NCBI GenBank assembly: GCA_039794005.1 | Contig: JBAMMA010000006.1 | Span: forward strand, 32,001 to 96,000 | Source of the DNA: Thermoplasmata archaeon | GTDB lineage: Archaea > Thermoplasmatota > Thermoplasmata > Thermoplasmatales > ARK-15 | Length of the DNA: 64,000 bases | Reading direction: 5' to 3' | Shown here: positions 39,890-49,881 of the stretch, one piece after another | Layout: each line of letters begins with the position of its first letter | How positions within the stretch are numbered: position 1 is the stretch's first letter | The notes under the pieces: model-generated | The model's database searches: none | Seen by the model: only the letters and a program-made list of their open reading frames with translations | What the model was told of the DNA's origin: nothing | Program-made: the position numbers and the translations under genes

Positions 39890-41052
39890 CCCTTTATCTT
39901 TTTGTTAAATTCATCTTTTATTCTTTCTACAGCATTATCCTTGAATATGTTGATTATTGCATTGTAAACGGCATGTATTCCTATTAATAGACTTTCCTTT
40001 GCATTTTCTGGATTTGAGGCGATTCTGAAATCATCACTATGGCCGGGTATTCCCGGATATCCAATCTTTATATCAATATGTCCGGTGGGAACTACCTTGC
40101 TAACGTTAGCTTCATCCGTTGAACCTGAAGGAAAAGGTTTTTCCTTGTCTATTCTCCTTGGATGTATGTTTAATTTTTTTAATTCCATTTCTATGTAATC
40201 ATTTATGGTTTCATTATTCAGATAATCTGAATATAATGGTGTTATTCTCTCATACTGGCATTTTGCTCCAAAGGCATTGGATGTACTTAAAATCAAATTT
40301 TTTATTTTATTTTCAAAATCTTCTAAAAATTCTCCGGATGATGACCTCATATCTATTTCAAGGACAGCCCTTTCAGGAATAACGTTTGTAGCATATCCGC
40401 ATTCCCTAAATACCATTCCTATAACGAGATTGTCTTTAACGTTTGCTTTATCCCTAAACATGTTTATGTTGACATAACTGGCTACTGCAGCATCAAGAGC
40501 GTTTATACCCTTTTCAGGAGAATCTGCTACATGTGAAGATTTTCCTATAAATGTTGCCTTTGATGTTACATCTGCCAATGTTACGGCACCAAGGTTCCAG
40601 GAATCGTCCGGATGCATACCAACCACAAAGTCAACATCTTTAAATGCACCCTCTTCTACCATTTTAGCCTTGCTACCAGCATATTCACCAATACCCTCCT
40701 CAGATGGGGTGCCAAAAACAACTATCTTTGCATCATTCAATATTTTGGATAGATTTATTGCAACTCCATAGGCCCAGGCGGCTATGAGATTGTGACCACA
40801 GGAATGACCATTGGGAAGGGCATCATATTCTGCCAGTATTCCAACGGAATATTTTCCTCCCCCATATTCTGCTCTAAATGCTGTCTCCATTCCCAAATAT
40901 GGCTTTATCACTTTGAAATTATGTTTTGATAATTTTTCAGCGAGCAAATTAGAAGATTTATATTCCTTTGAACCTATTTCGGCAAAATCATAAATCATCC
41001 TTGATATTTCCAAAATTTCTTTTTCACAGCATATTTTAATATTAAAATCCAT
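39886..41052 (-). CDS. M20 amidohydrolase (ACY1L2/AbgB-like)
   Basis: EYDALPNGHSCGHN, TPSEEG, MHP, GSTD and GHS. Confidence 0.85.
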   Translation of the reverse strand: MDFNIKICCEKEILEISRMIYDFAEIGSKEYKSSNLLAEKLSKHNFKVIKPYLGMETAFRAEYGGGKYSVGILAEYDALPNGHSCGHNLIAAWAYGVAINLSKILNDAKIVVFGTPSEEGIGEYAGSKAKMVEEGAFKDVDFVVGMHPDDSWNLGAVTLADVTSKATFIGKSSHVADSPEKGINALDAAVASYVNINMFRDKANVKDNLVIGMVFRECGYATNVIPERAVLEIDMRSSSGEFLEDFENKIKNLILSTSNAFGAKCQYERITPLYSDYLNNETINDYIEMELKKLNIHPRRIDKEKPFPSGSTDEANVSKVVPTGHIDIKIGYPGIPGHSDDFRIASNPENAKESLLIGIHAVYNAIINIFKDNAVERIKDEFNKKIKG

Positions 41053-41070
41053 GTTACCTGTAATATTTTT

Positions 41071-43032
41071 CTAATACCTAATTTTTACCTCTTCGTAAGC
41101 ATCCCTGAGCAATTTTAAATAATAAGGTATTGAATAGTCCACATTTTGATAACTAGATGTGGCCTTTAACGGCCTTTCAGAATATATTATGTATTTTACG
41201 TGCTCGGATGGATATAATAATAAATCCTTTCTATAATATTCATCTAATATTTGCTTTGTGGGCGTATTTACCAAATATTCCCAGGGATATTTGGTAATTC
41301 TTTTTTCCAAAAGCAATTTCTCTGGGTTTACATCCCTATTTTCCAGCATTTCCTTGTACTTGAAAAATAATTTATTTAGATCAATCTTTTCAACATCTTC
41401 TTTATTTTTAACATTTTTCAATAATTCCAATGCCTCCGTTTGAAATTCTTTAATAAATTCTGGTGTATCATGCCTCCTAAGCATAATACCACGAATTTTA
41501 TATTCCCCATTTATATTATAGGCAATATATCTTCCAGGGGAACCTAAATATTGTTCGCCCTTTAATGGGATTATTTTCATCCAATAATATTTTCCAGATA
41601 GTTCAATGGGCAGTTCCGTTTCTTTTTCTATTTCTTCAACAATGCTTTCTTCCACAAAACCTGATAACCATAAGGAATCTACTATTATTGATATTACATC
41701 ATACCCATGCTTTTCAACAATGTCTTTTGTCTTTATTATGATATCCCTGGCATATGCATTTATGCTTTCATGTACTTCAATGCTTCCAAATTTAGCATTC
41801 CTGTACCCTGTATATCCAAATGAAGTCACAAGCATCCATTTAAATGCCTTGTCTATTCCCTCTAAATCTTTGATTGTTTTCTTCAATTTTTTTATCTTTA
41901 TCCTAAGATCGAGGAAATCTTCAAGCGCATATGACAAAAAACCCCTCTTTTCCATGCTAACTTTATACCCTATCTCGGGCACAATTTCACATCTTTCACA
42001 TTCTGAATTGACAGTCTCCAATGAAAGGTTTTTCTTTACTATTATTGATGGATACATTGAGGTAAAATCAAGCTCAGATACCTCCCAGTATATTCCAGGA
42101 GATACCTGATATACTAGGCCTCCTTTGTCAGATTTTATTAACATTTCGAGGCTCTTTTCCTTTTCTGGCCTCGATTTATGGTATGGAACGGCAATACCGT
42201 TTCTAAGCGCCTTTGAAACTTCCATGCTTGAAATTAATGTTCCCGGTGTAGACCTAGCTGCATATGATGGATCTAAGGAGGATATTGATGAGGATGCCAG
42301 AACACCAAAAATTCCACCTTCAGAATATATAAAGCTAGTTTTTGGATCTATAAGAGATCTTCCCCTTGGAACATAGGTCAATTCCTTGTGATATTTATAA
42401 CCATAGGAAAAGTATTCCTTTTGTCTTATTAAATTCCATCCTGGAATTCTTCCTATGTAAAATTCAACATTTCTATTTTTTGAATCATAGATCCAATTTG
42501 GCAAAATTGTATCTATATCATCCATTATCAAAATATCTGGGTCTTCTTCCATCACAATATCCATAATTTTCAAATAATCTCTCAAGGGGATGTATTTACC
42601 GTTGTATTCATATCCCGTGCTATCTCTTTTAAATTTTATGATTTTTAATCCAGAAAAATTTGGTATTCCCCCTTTATAATCATAATAATTCAATTTATTT
42701 TCGGACAAATATCTCAATGATAACCTTATATCCACATTGTATAAATCTACCAGATAATAGTTAAAATATTTTTCAACCAAAGATGATATTTTGAAGAACG
42801 ATTGTGGAACTGTTTTTATATAATATCCATCGATTTCACCGAACACCGTCTTAATTCTTTTTTTCCCCTTTTCTACGATTCCAGGGAATTCTATTTCAAA
42901 TATCCTTTCAGAAATATTTCTTTCATCGGATATTAAAAATTCCGGATAATATTTCTCTCTCTTTATTATTATCTTATCATTTTCTTTAAAGAATAATATT
43001 GCATCTCTTAATATCTCTATTGAGACGAGCAT
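41071..43032 (-). CDS. polB2: Family B DNA polymerase, PolB2 (Dpo2-like) subfamily
   Basis: Motif A DFTSMYPSII, motif B variant KWMLVTSFGYTGY, motif C variant IIVDSLW, RGI..RR.D.P; no recognisable exonuclease motifs. Confidence 0.88.
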   Translation of the reverse strand: MLVSIEILRDAILFFKENDKIIIKREKYYPEFLISDERNISERIFEIEFPGIVEKGKKRIKTVFGEIDGYYIKTVPQSFFKISSLVEKYFNYYLVDLYNVDIRLSLRYLSENKLNYYDYKGGIPNFSGLKIIKFKRDSTGYEYNGKYIPLRDYLKIMDIVMEEDPDILIMDDIDTILPNWIYDSKNRNVEFYIGRIPGWNLIRQKEYFSYGYKYHKELTYVPRGRSLIDPKTSFIYSEGGIFGVLASSSISSLDPSYAARSTPGTLISSMEVSKALRNGIAVPYHKSRPEKEKSLEMLIKSDKGGLVYQVSPGIYWEVSELDFTSMYPSIIVKKNLSLETVNSECERCEIVPEIGYKVSMEKRGFLSYALEDFLDLRIKIKKLKKTIKDLEGIDKAFKWMLVTSFGYTGYRNAKFGSIEVHESINAYARDIIIKTKDIVEKHGYDVISIIVDSLWLSGFVEESIVEEIEKETELPIELSGKYYWMKIIPLKGEQYLGSPGRYIAYNINGEYKIRGIMLRRHDTPEFIKEFQTEALELLKNVKNKEDVEKIDLNKLFFKYKEMLENRDVNPEKLLLEKRITKYPWEYLVNTPTKQILDEYYRKDLLLYPSEHVKYIIYSERPLKATSSYQNVDYSIPYYLKLLRDAYEEVKIRY

Positions 43033-43262
43033 TTTATTTCAATCTTTTCAATTTCTTTCTCCATTTCTATCAATATTGATAAAAAAACTGCCTCAAGAGG
43101 GTCTTCAAGAGAATATGTGGATTCTGCAGAATACCTTTTTGCCTTTTCTATGATCCTTTCAATGTATTTTTTATCCTCTGAATGCATGGCCTTCATAAAC
43201 GACTGCCATCTATCAATTATATTGTTTATTTCCTGCCTCATCGTTGAAACATTCCTACCCAT
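43017..43262 (-). CDS. Small helical PolB2-associated protein (arCOG07300-like)
   Basis: MGRNVSTMR...W..F..A....D......I...A......DPLEAVFLSILIE; overlaps the polB2 start. Confidence 0.7.
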   Translation of the reverse strand: MGRNVSTMRQEINNIIDRWQSFMKAMHSEDKKYIERIIEKAKRYSAESTYSLEDPLEAVFLSILIEMEKEIEKIEIKCSSQ

Positions 43263-43267
43263 TCACA

Positions 43268-43825
43268 TCACCCATTTTGATTATTGAAGTCAAATAAAGA
43301 TAGCTGACCTGGTATATAATAGAAGTGATAATTCTTTTCACCATATTTTATGTTGTATCCATAACTATGCTTTTCAGTGATTATGTATGGAAATTTGGAT
43401 GTTATGGAAAATGGGTATGATGAAAAGAACAATGTTATGGAATTATTTTCACTTGTATATTCCACGAGACCATTAACAATTCCAGATATTAATGCATACT
43501 TTTCATCGTTCCTGAGGTCAGAATATGATATGGGGTCAAAATAATACATTAAAAGGTCATATTTATTTTTCAATTCCTTTATAATTTCAATGATCTGATA
43601 AAATGTGAAACCCCTTCTAATTTTTATTTTTATATCATTTCTGAATTTTTTAATGATGTTATATGAATGCCTTAAATTCAGAGGTGAATAATTCCCCAAT
43701 ATTATGTAATCTGACATGCCAAAAATTTGTGATTCAACCAGGAGCCTATCCGAGGGAAAAATCTCAGGATTTTTTATTATGTACATCTTTCCATAATCAA
43801 ATATGTCCAAAAGATTTAAAATCAT
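43268..43825 (-). CDS. Putative inactivated RadA/RecA-like PolB2 partner
   Basis: IRRGFTFYQI resembles the 'RAFT.YQ' segment of RadA-like proteins, with no Walker A. First gene of the polB2 operon; ends in GQLSLFDF. Confidence 0.6.
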   Translation of the reverse strand: MILNLLDIFDYGKMYIIKNPEIFPSDRLLVESQIFGMSDYIILGNYSPLNLRHSYNIIKKFRNDIKIKIRRGFTFYQIIEIIKELKNKYDLLMYYFDPISYSDLRNDEKYALISGIVNGLVEYTSENNSITLFFSSYPFSITSKFPYIITEKHSYGYNIKYGEKNYHFYYIPGQLSLFDFNNQNG

Positions 43826-43866
43826 TTTAGAATTTAAAAAACAATAATAGATTTAAAATTTTTTAA

Positions 43867-44415
43867 TCACGATAGCATAATATCCATCTGATCATATCCC
43901 ACCTGCTGTAAAAGTGTTGGGTTTTCAAAGAAACCTGTACCTGTAATGTTTATTAAATATTCATAATAATATATCAAAAATATTGATTTGTGAAAATGCG
44001 GTAAATAAAATTCTTTGTATTCAAAGACTTTATACGTTCCACTGCTGTATAAAGGCATTAACGCATGCTGGAATGGAAAATATGCCTGCGCTGGAGAATC
44101 CATCTGTTGGAAAAGTATTGAAAGTGAAGAATAATTCTTTAAAGATTGGTATATTTCCTGAATATCGATTTGATATAAATTTGACTTAGAAACATTATAA
44201 ATGTGAGTATAATTTTTAATTTCATTTGTGTTATATATCTTTTCTATTGTTGATAAATTTACAAATGCTACATTTATTGGAACAACTGTAGTCTGTGGCG
44301 CATTACCCCAGAAAGTTGCATTCTTTACTGAATAATAAATTTCAAAATAAAATGCTACCACCAAAACTACCACCAAAATAATTATTATTGCCAAAATCTT
44401 CTTTAAAGACATCAT
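43867..44415 (-). CDS. Hypothetical protein with N-terminal membrane anchor
   Basis: Single N-terminal hydrophobic helix and N-glycosylation sequons. Confidence 0.6.
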   Translation of the reverse strand: MMSLKKILAIIIILVVVLVVAFYFEIYYSVKNATFWGNAPQTTVVPINVAFVNLSTIEKIYNTNEIKNYTHIYNVSKSNLYQIDIQEIYQSLKNYSSLSILFQQMDSPAQAYFPFQHALMPLYSSGTYKVFEYKEFYLPHFHKSIFLIYYYEYLINITGTGFFENPTLLQQVGYDQMDIMLS

Positions 44416-44490
44416 CGTGGGTATATATTAAATTAAATTAATAAATTTTATTTTCACAAATATTTATGAACCCATCGAGGATTAAGATAT

Positions 44491-47112
44491 ATGATGTCAG
44501 ATCCATTAGACCTTGAAATTCTTCATAATAGAGGTTTTGTGAGAAAGAAGTGCGAAAAATGTGGAGCAACATTTTGGACTTCAGACCCAGATAGAAATAC
44601 ATGTGGTGAATTTCCATGCGATCCTTACATTTTTCTGGATAAAAGGATAATGAAAGAGGAAATTAATTTTTATGAAATGATGGATAAATTTATAGAATTT
44701 TTTAAAAGTAGAAATCATGGAAAAATAGAAAGATTTCCCGTAGTTGCTAGATGGAGAAAGGATGTTTTTCTTGTAAATGCTTCTATATACGATTTTCAGC
44801 CACACATAACATCTGGAGAAGTCCCCCCACCTGCAAATCCTCTGGTTGTGGCACAGCCATGCATTAGACTTGTTGATATTGATGATGTAGGTAAAACAGG
44901 AAGACATTTAACAAGCTTTATCATGATGGCACACCATGCGTTCAACTATCCGGATAAATACGTATATTGGAAAGATGAAACGGTTTCATACGCCCTGGAT
45001 TTTCTGGAAAGTTTAGGAATAGATAAAAATTATATAACTTTGAAGGAAAATCCGTGGACAGGAGGAGGGAATGGAGGATATGCATTTGAGGTAATAGTTG
45101 GAGGTCTTGAGGTGGCCACTCTTGTTTTCATGGAATTCATTGAGGATCCAAATGGTGATATTGAACTGAATGGCCAAAAATTTAGGAAAATGGATATAAG
45201 GGTTGTTGACACTGGATATGGATTGGAAAGGTTTGTCTGGGTATCTAAGTCATCACCCTCTATTTTCGATGCCATTTATTCAGACATAATAAATAGAATT
45301 TTAGAAATTTCAAATAAAAAGTTTCCTGAATCTTACAATGAATTCATGAAAAGATTTGTTTCAATCAAAGACAAGAGTGAGGATGTATTGATTGAATGGG
45401 CAAAAAAAATAATAATGGATCTCGGTTTGGATGATTCTTACATTGATTTTCTGAACTATATAAGGAAGATCGAGCTGATTGTAGACCATACGAGATCTGC
45501 TCTCTTTATGTTAAATGATGGGGCTGTACCATCTAACGTAAAATCCGGGTATCTTGCAAGATTTGTTCTAAGGAGGTTGTTTAGGGTTTTGGAGGAAACA
45601 AATTTGATCGGCCATATGGATTACATATTTAAATTGGAAATGGAATATTTCAAGTCAATGCTTGATGAGGAGATGTTTCCAGTAATAATGGATATGGTAA
45701 AAGTTGAATATGAAAGATATAAAGAGAACATTAAAAAGTCCGAGAATATTATTGAAAAATACTTGCAAAAAGGGAATGTTGATTTAGATACACTGATACA
45801 ACTTTATGATTCATATGGTATTTTGCCTGAAATCGTTGCAGAAAAGGCAAAGGAAAAGGGGATTTTGATAAAAATACCGGAGAATTTTAGGTCTATCGTG
45901 GCATCTAAACATGAAAGGTCTCAGGAAAAAGAAAAGGAAAAGACGGTGAAATTAAATTTGAAACCAACCAGGACACTTTATTATGAAGACCCTTACATGA
46001 AAGAATTTGATGCGAATATAATATTCATAGGGGAAAATTTTGTGGTTCTGGATCAAACCGCATTTTACCCTGAAGGAGGAGGACAACCTTCAGATCTCGG
46101 TTATATGATGCAAGATGAAAAGAAATATTTTGTTAAGGATGTGCAAAAGTATGGAGATGTTATATTGCATTATTTAGAGAATGAAAATGAAATGCCAAGG
46201 ATTGGAAAAGTTCACGGAGTGATAAATTGGGATAGAAGGGCAAGGCTTATGAGAAATCATACTGCAACACACATTCTTTTACACAGCTGCAGAAAAATTT
46301 TAGGAAAACATGTGTGGCAAGCTGGTGCACAGAAAGATGTTTTATATTCCAGATTGGATATAACGCATTACAAGAGGATTTCCAATGAAGAAATAAGGCA
46401 AATTGAAAAGGAGGCCATGAAAATCATAACCGAATGCGTTCCTGTATCAGCGGAATGGATGGACAGGAATGAGGCTGAAAAACTTTATGGATTCAGGTTA
46501 TATGAAGGTGGAATTCCACCGGGCGAAAAAATCAGGGTTGTTAAAGTAGGCAATTACGATGCGGAAGGTTGTGGTGGCACACATGTTAAAAATACAGGTG
46601 AAATAGGTTTCATAAAAATTATAAAGGAAGAAAAAATACAGGACGGTGTTTCAAGGATAATATTCACTTCCTGGCTTGGAGCCATTGAAGAGGTGCATAA
46701 AATAGAAAACATTCTAAATATATCTTCGGGTATTTTAAAAGTAGAACATGACAAATTGCCTAAGACGATTGAAAGATTTTTTGAAGAATGGAAAGAATTG
46801 AAGAAATATAAAGAAAAAATGCAGGAGAGGATCATTTATTATATAATAGAGGATATAAAAAATAAAAAAATAGATATAAAAAATGGCAAAATATCTTATG
46901 GTGAGGTGGAAAAGGATATTTTATTCAACGTTGCTAAACTGCTAAAGGAAAAAAAGATTGATGCCATTTTAAAATCTGAGAATCTAATAGGCATTGTAGA
47001 TTCTGGAAACATTAAAATCCCAGAAAATATAAAATATAAGGACGTTGGATTTATAAAAATTATAGAGGGTGCAAAATTGGATGATGTTGTTTCAATGTTG
47101 GAGGTTAAATAA
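44491..47112 (+). CDS. alaS: Alanyl-tRNA synthetase (archaeal type)
   Basis: N-terminal Zn ribbon, ASIYDFQP, QPCIR, DTGYGLER and editing motifs HTATH...CGGTH. Confidence 0.96.
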   Translation: MMSDPLDLEILHNRGFVRKKCEKCGATFWTSDPDRNTCGEFPCDPYIFLDKRIMKEEINFYEMMDKFIEFFKSRNHGKIERFPVVARWRKDVFLVNASIYDFQPHITSGEVPPPANPLVVAQPCIRLVDIDDVGKTGRHLTSFIMMAHHAFNYPDKYVYWKDETVSYALDFLESLGIDKNYITLKENPWTGGGNGGYAFEVIVGGLEVATLVFMEFIEDPNGDIELNGQKFRKMDIRVVDTGYGLERFVWVSKSSPSIFDAIYSDIINRILEISNKKFPESYNEFMKRFVSIKDKSEDVLIEWAKKIIMDLGLDDSYIDFLNYIRKIELIVDHTRSALFMLNDGAVPSNVKSGYLARFVLRRLFRVLEETNLIGHMDYIFKLEMEYFKSMLDEEMFPVIMDMVKVEYERYKENIKKSENIIEKYLQKGNVDLDTLIQLYDSYGILPEIVAEKAKEKGILIKIPENFRSIVASKHERSQEKEKEKTVKLNLKPTRTLYYEDPYMKEFDANIIFIGENFVVLDQTAFYPEGGGQPSDLGYMMQDEKKYFVKDVQKYGDVILHYLENENEMPRIGKVHGVINWDRRARLMRNHTATHILLHSCRKILGKHVWQAGAQKDVLYSRLDITHYKRISNEEIRQIEKEAMKIITECVPVSAEWMDRNEAEKLYGFRLYEGGIPPGEKIRVVKVGNYDAEGCGGTHVKNTGEIGFIKIIKEEKIQDGVSRIIFTSWLGAIEEVHKIENILNISSGILKVEHDKLPKTIERFFEEWKELKKYKEKMQERIIYYIIEDIKNKKIDIKNGKISYGEVEKDILFNVAKLLKEKKIDAILKSENLIGIVDSGNIKIPENIKYKDVGFIKIIEGAKLDDVVSMLEVK

Positions 47113-48779
47113 TGTTCAACGTACATGAAATAGATTCTATTGTTAGAAAATACTTTTCCGTTTATGAGGCAAAATTAACGCCTGAATATTTGGAATATAA
47201 GGTATTGATATATCCATCACATAAAGAAACAATGAAACAATTCAGAATGTTGTGGAAGGAATTGAAAAGTTTTGAATATTTACCAACTTTGTCGGATGAA
47301 AAAGGTGAATACATTATAAGGGTAATACCATTTCCACAACAAAAGGGATTTTCAATATGGGTAAACATAATTCTATTGATTGCAACACTCATATCAACAA
47401 TTTTGGTGGGTGCTTCAAACTATGGAGGATATTTCAACGAATATTGGCTCAGCGCGAATTCGATCATAGGTGGAACATTATTTTTTGCTATTCCATTAAT
47501 GGCAATACTTGGATTACATGAACTCGGCCATTACTTTGCTTCAAAGAGGAATGGTGTAAGGGCATCCCTACCGTTTTTTATTCCTGCACCGACTATGGTA
47601 GGAACGCTTGGAGCATTCATATCAATAAGGGAACCAATACCCGATAGAAAAGCTCTTTTAGAAATAGGAGCTTCAGGTCCGATTGTTGGATTTATTGTGG
47701 CAATACCCATAGCAATATTCGGCAATTATCTGGGGAATATAATGCATCCAGTTATACAGGATTCAGCGACGAGAATGGTAATATATCCACCTCTAATATA
47801 CAACATAATAAATCTATTTGTTCCGGAGACTTCTTATATGTTTCCCATGGCGTTTGCCGCGTGGGTGGGATTTGTTGTTACAGCGATTAACCTTCTGCCC
47901 ATAGGACAGCTTGATGGTGGGCATATAGCGAGGGCCCTGCTTGGAAATAAATCAAAATATCTAAGCTATGCGTTCTTTGTATTCCTGCTAATAATTGGGT
48001 TATTCTATATAGGTTGGCTAATTTTTGCGCTTTTTGTCCTAATATTGGGACTTAATCACCCCCCTTCACTTAATGACGTGTCTAAAATTGAAAAGAAGGG
48101 ATATACGATAGGAATAATTTCAATATTGTTGATATCAGTTACTTTTGTACCGGTGCCGATAAATGAATATGTATTATATGAAAGGATAAATGTTCAGACT
48201 CCTAGCACGCAAGTTCCATTAATAATAAATTGCATTGAAAATTACACGGGAAAAATAATAATAAAGAATACGGGTGATAAGATTGAAAATGTTAGTGTAA
48301 ATGTAATATCACCGTTAAAAGTTGATTATAAAAATTACATTGGAAATCTCTCTGTTAATTCTTCATGGATAGAATATTTCAACGTTAGCATAAATAACAA
48401 TACAAAACCCGGGTTGTACAATGTAACGTTTATTTTCAAAACAATCCTTGAAAGTTATAGCGCTTATTATAACATGTCTATAATTGTATTTAATAAAACA
48501 AACAATATAAAATTCATAAATCCAACATATTACACAAATGTATCAAAGATCAACGAATCTTTTATCTACACTGGAAATACAACTACGATGATAAAAATAT
48601 GGCCCATTAACAATGCATCGATTTTCATAAACAACATTTTGATGAATAATTCAGCACAGATAATGGTAAATCCAAACTCGATTACGAACATGACGATCTT
48701 GTTTAAAAATCCTGGAAACTACAATTTAATATTATATTATGATGAAAATGCTACATGCATGAGGATTAGCTATGTCTGA
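47112..48779 (+). CDS. Site-2 (M50) intramembrane metalloprotease with C-terminal extracellular extension
   Basis: HELGH, LPFFIP, GTLGAFI and NLLPIGQLDGGH; about 200-aa Asn-rich beta-rich C-terminus. Confidence 0.88.
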   Translation: MFNVHEIDSIVRKYFSVYEAKLTPEYLEYKVLIYPSHKETMKQFRMLWKELKSFEYLPTLSDEKGEYIIRVIPFPQQKGFSIWVNIILLIATLISTILVGASNYGGYFNEYWLSANSIIGGTLFFAIPLMAILGLHELGHYFASKRNGVRASLPFFIPAPTMVGTLGAFISIREPIPDRKALLEIGASGPIVGFIVAIPIAIFGNYLGNIMHPVIQDSATRMVIYPPLIYNIINLFVPETSYMFPMAFAAWVGFVVTAINLLPIGQLDGGHIARALLGNKSKYLSYAFFVFLLIIGLFYIGWLIFALFVLILGLNHPPSLNDVSKIEKKGYTIGIISILLISVTFVPVPINEYVLYERINVQTPSTQVPLIINCIENYTGKIIIKNTGDKIENVSVNVISPLKVDYKNYIGNLSVNSSWIEYFNVSINNNTKPGLYNVTFIFKTILESYSAYYNMSIIVFNKTNNIKFINPTYYTNVSKINESFIYTGNTTTMIKIWPINNASIFINNILMNNSAQIMVNPNSITNMTILFKNPGNYNLILYYDENATCMRISYV

Positions 48780-49881
48780 TATTTTCACCATAAATAGCAC
48801 AAGTGGTAAGGCAAGGAGTGGCATTATTAAAACGCCTCATGGATATGTCAAAACACCAGTATTTATGCCAGTTGCCACAAAGGGAACAATAAAGACAATT
48901 CCATCATGGGATTTTAAATCGCTGAGGATAGAGATGATTATATCTAACGCATTCCATTTATATTTTAGGCCTGGGCTAGAAATTATTAAAAAGTTTGGAG
49001 GCCTACACAAATTCATAAACTTTGAAGGATCGATATTCACAGACAGCGGCGGTTTCCAAATGTCAAATGAAGACTTTTACTTTGGAATTAGGGAAAATGG
49101 AATAATATTTAGAGACCCGGTTTCAGGAGAGAAGATATTGTTTACTCCTGAACTTTCCGCAAAGATCCAGAATGAGATAGGTTCTGATATTGCCATGGCC
49201 CTGGATTATGTTTTGCCATACGGTAAAAGCAAAAGAAGAATGGAAGAGGCTGTAAAATTAACTTACAATTGGGCAAAATTGTTCAGGGAAAAAAGGGATG
49301 GTATTTCATTTGGAATTGTTCAGGGGGGAACATTTAAGGATCTCAGGGAAAGAAGTGCAAATGAAATAACATCTATAGATTTTGAAGGTTATGCAATAGG
49401 CGGATTATCTATGGGAGAGCCGAAGGAACTGATGATGGATATACTGGAATACACGGTAGATTTACTGCCAAGAGAAAAACCGAGATATTTTATGGGATTG
49501 GGATCCCCACTGGACATTATAAAGGGGGTAATGTTAGGTATAGATATCTTTGATTCTGTATTTCCAACCAGAAACGCAAGGCATGGACTGGCATTGACAT
49601 GGAATGGACCCATAAATCTCAGAAAAAATTATCTAAAAGATAATTTCAATAAACTGGATGAAAGATGCGAGTGTAAAACATGCAATTTTTATAATATTTC
49701 ATATATTCATCATCTCTTCAAGGAAAATGAAATATTGGGGCTCTATTTATTAACAATCCATAACATAAATTTCATGATGGATTTAATGGAAAAGATAAGG
49801 GAAGGCATTGAAAAAAATACAATAAATGAATTATATGAAAAGTTAGAGGAGGCGTATGGTAAAAATGGTGATAAGAAATAA
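48772..49881 (+). CDS. tgt: Bacterial-type tRNA-guanine transglycosylase (queuine/preQ1 family)
   Basis: 369 aa with no PUA domain; TPVFMPV, DSGGFQ, GSDIAMALD, GIVQGG, GGLSMGE, YFMGLG, DIFDSVFPTR and Zn site CECKTC...H. Confidence 0.88.
   Translation: MSDIFTINSTSGKARSGIIKTPHGYVKTPVFMPVATKGTIKTIPSWDFKSLRIEMIISNAFHLYFRPGLEIIKKFGGLHKFINFEGSIFTDSGGFQMSNEDFYFGIRENGIIFRDPVSGEKILFTPELSAKIQNEIGSDIAMALDYVLPYGKSKRRMEEAVKLTYNWAKLFREKRDGISFGIVQGGTFKDLRERSANEITSIDFEGYAIGGLSMGEPKELMMDILEYTVDLLPREKPRYFMGLGSPLDIIKGVMLGIDIFDSVFPTRNARHGLALTWNGPINLRKNYLKDNFNKLDERCECKTCNFYNISYIHHLFKENEILGLYLLTIHNINFMMDLMEKIREGIEKNTINELYEKLEEAYGKNGDKK

Noticed and set aside
43810-43862. Repeated AGATTTAAAAT near the polB2 operon promoter as a damage-response operator
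   Set aside because: Low-complexity AT sequence overlapping the TATA box and the start of the coding region; cannot be told from background.
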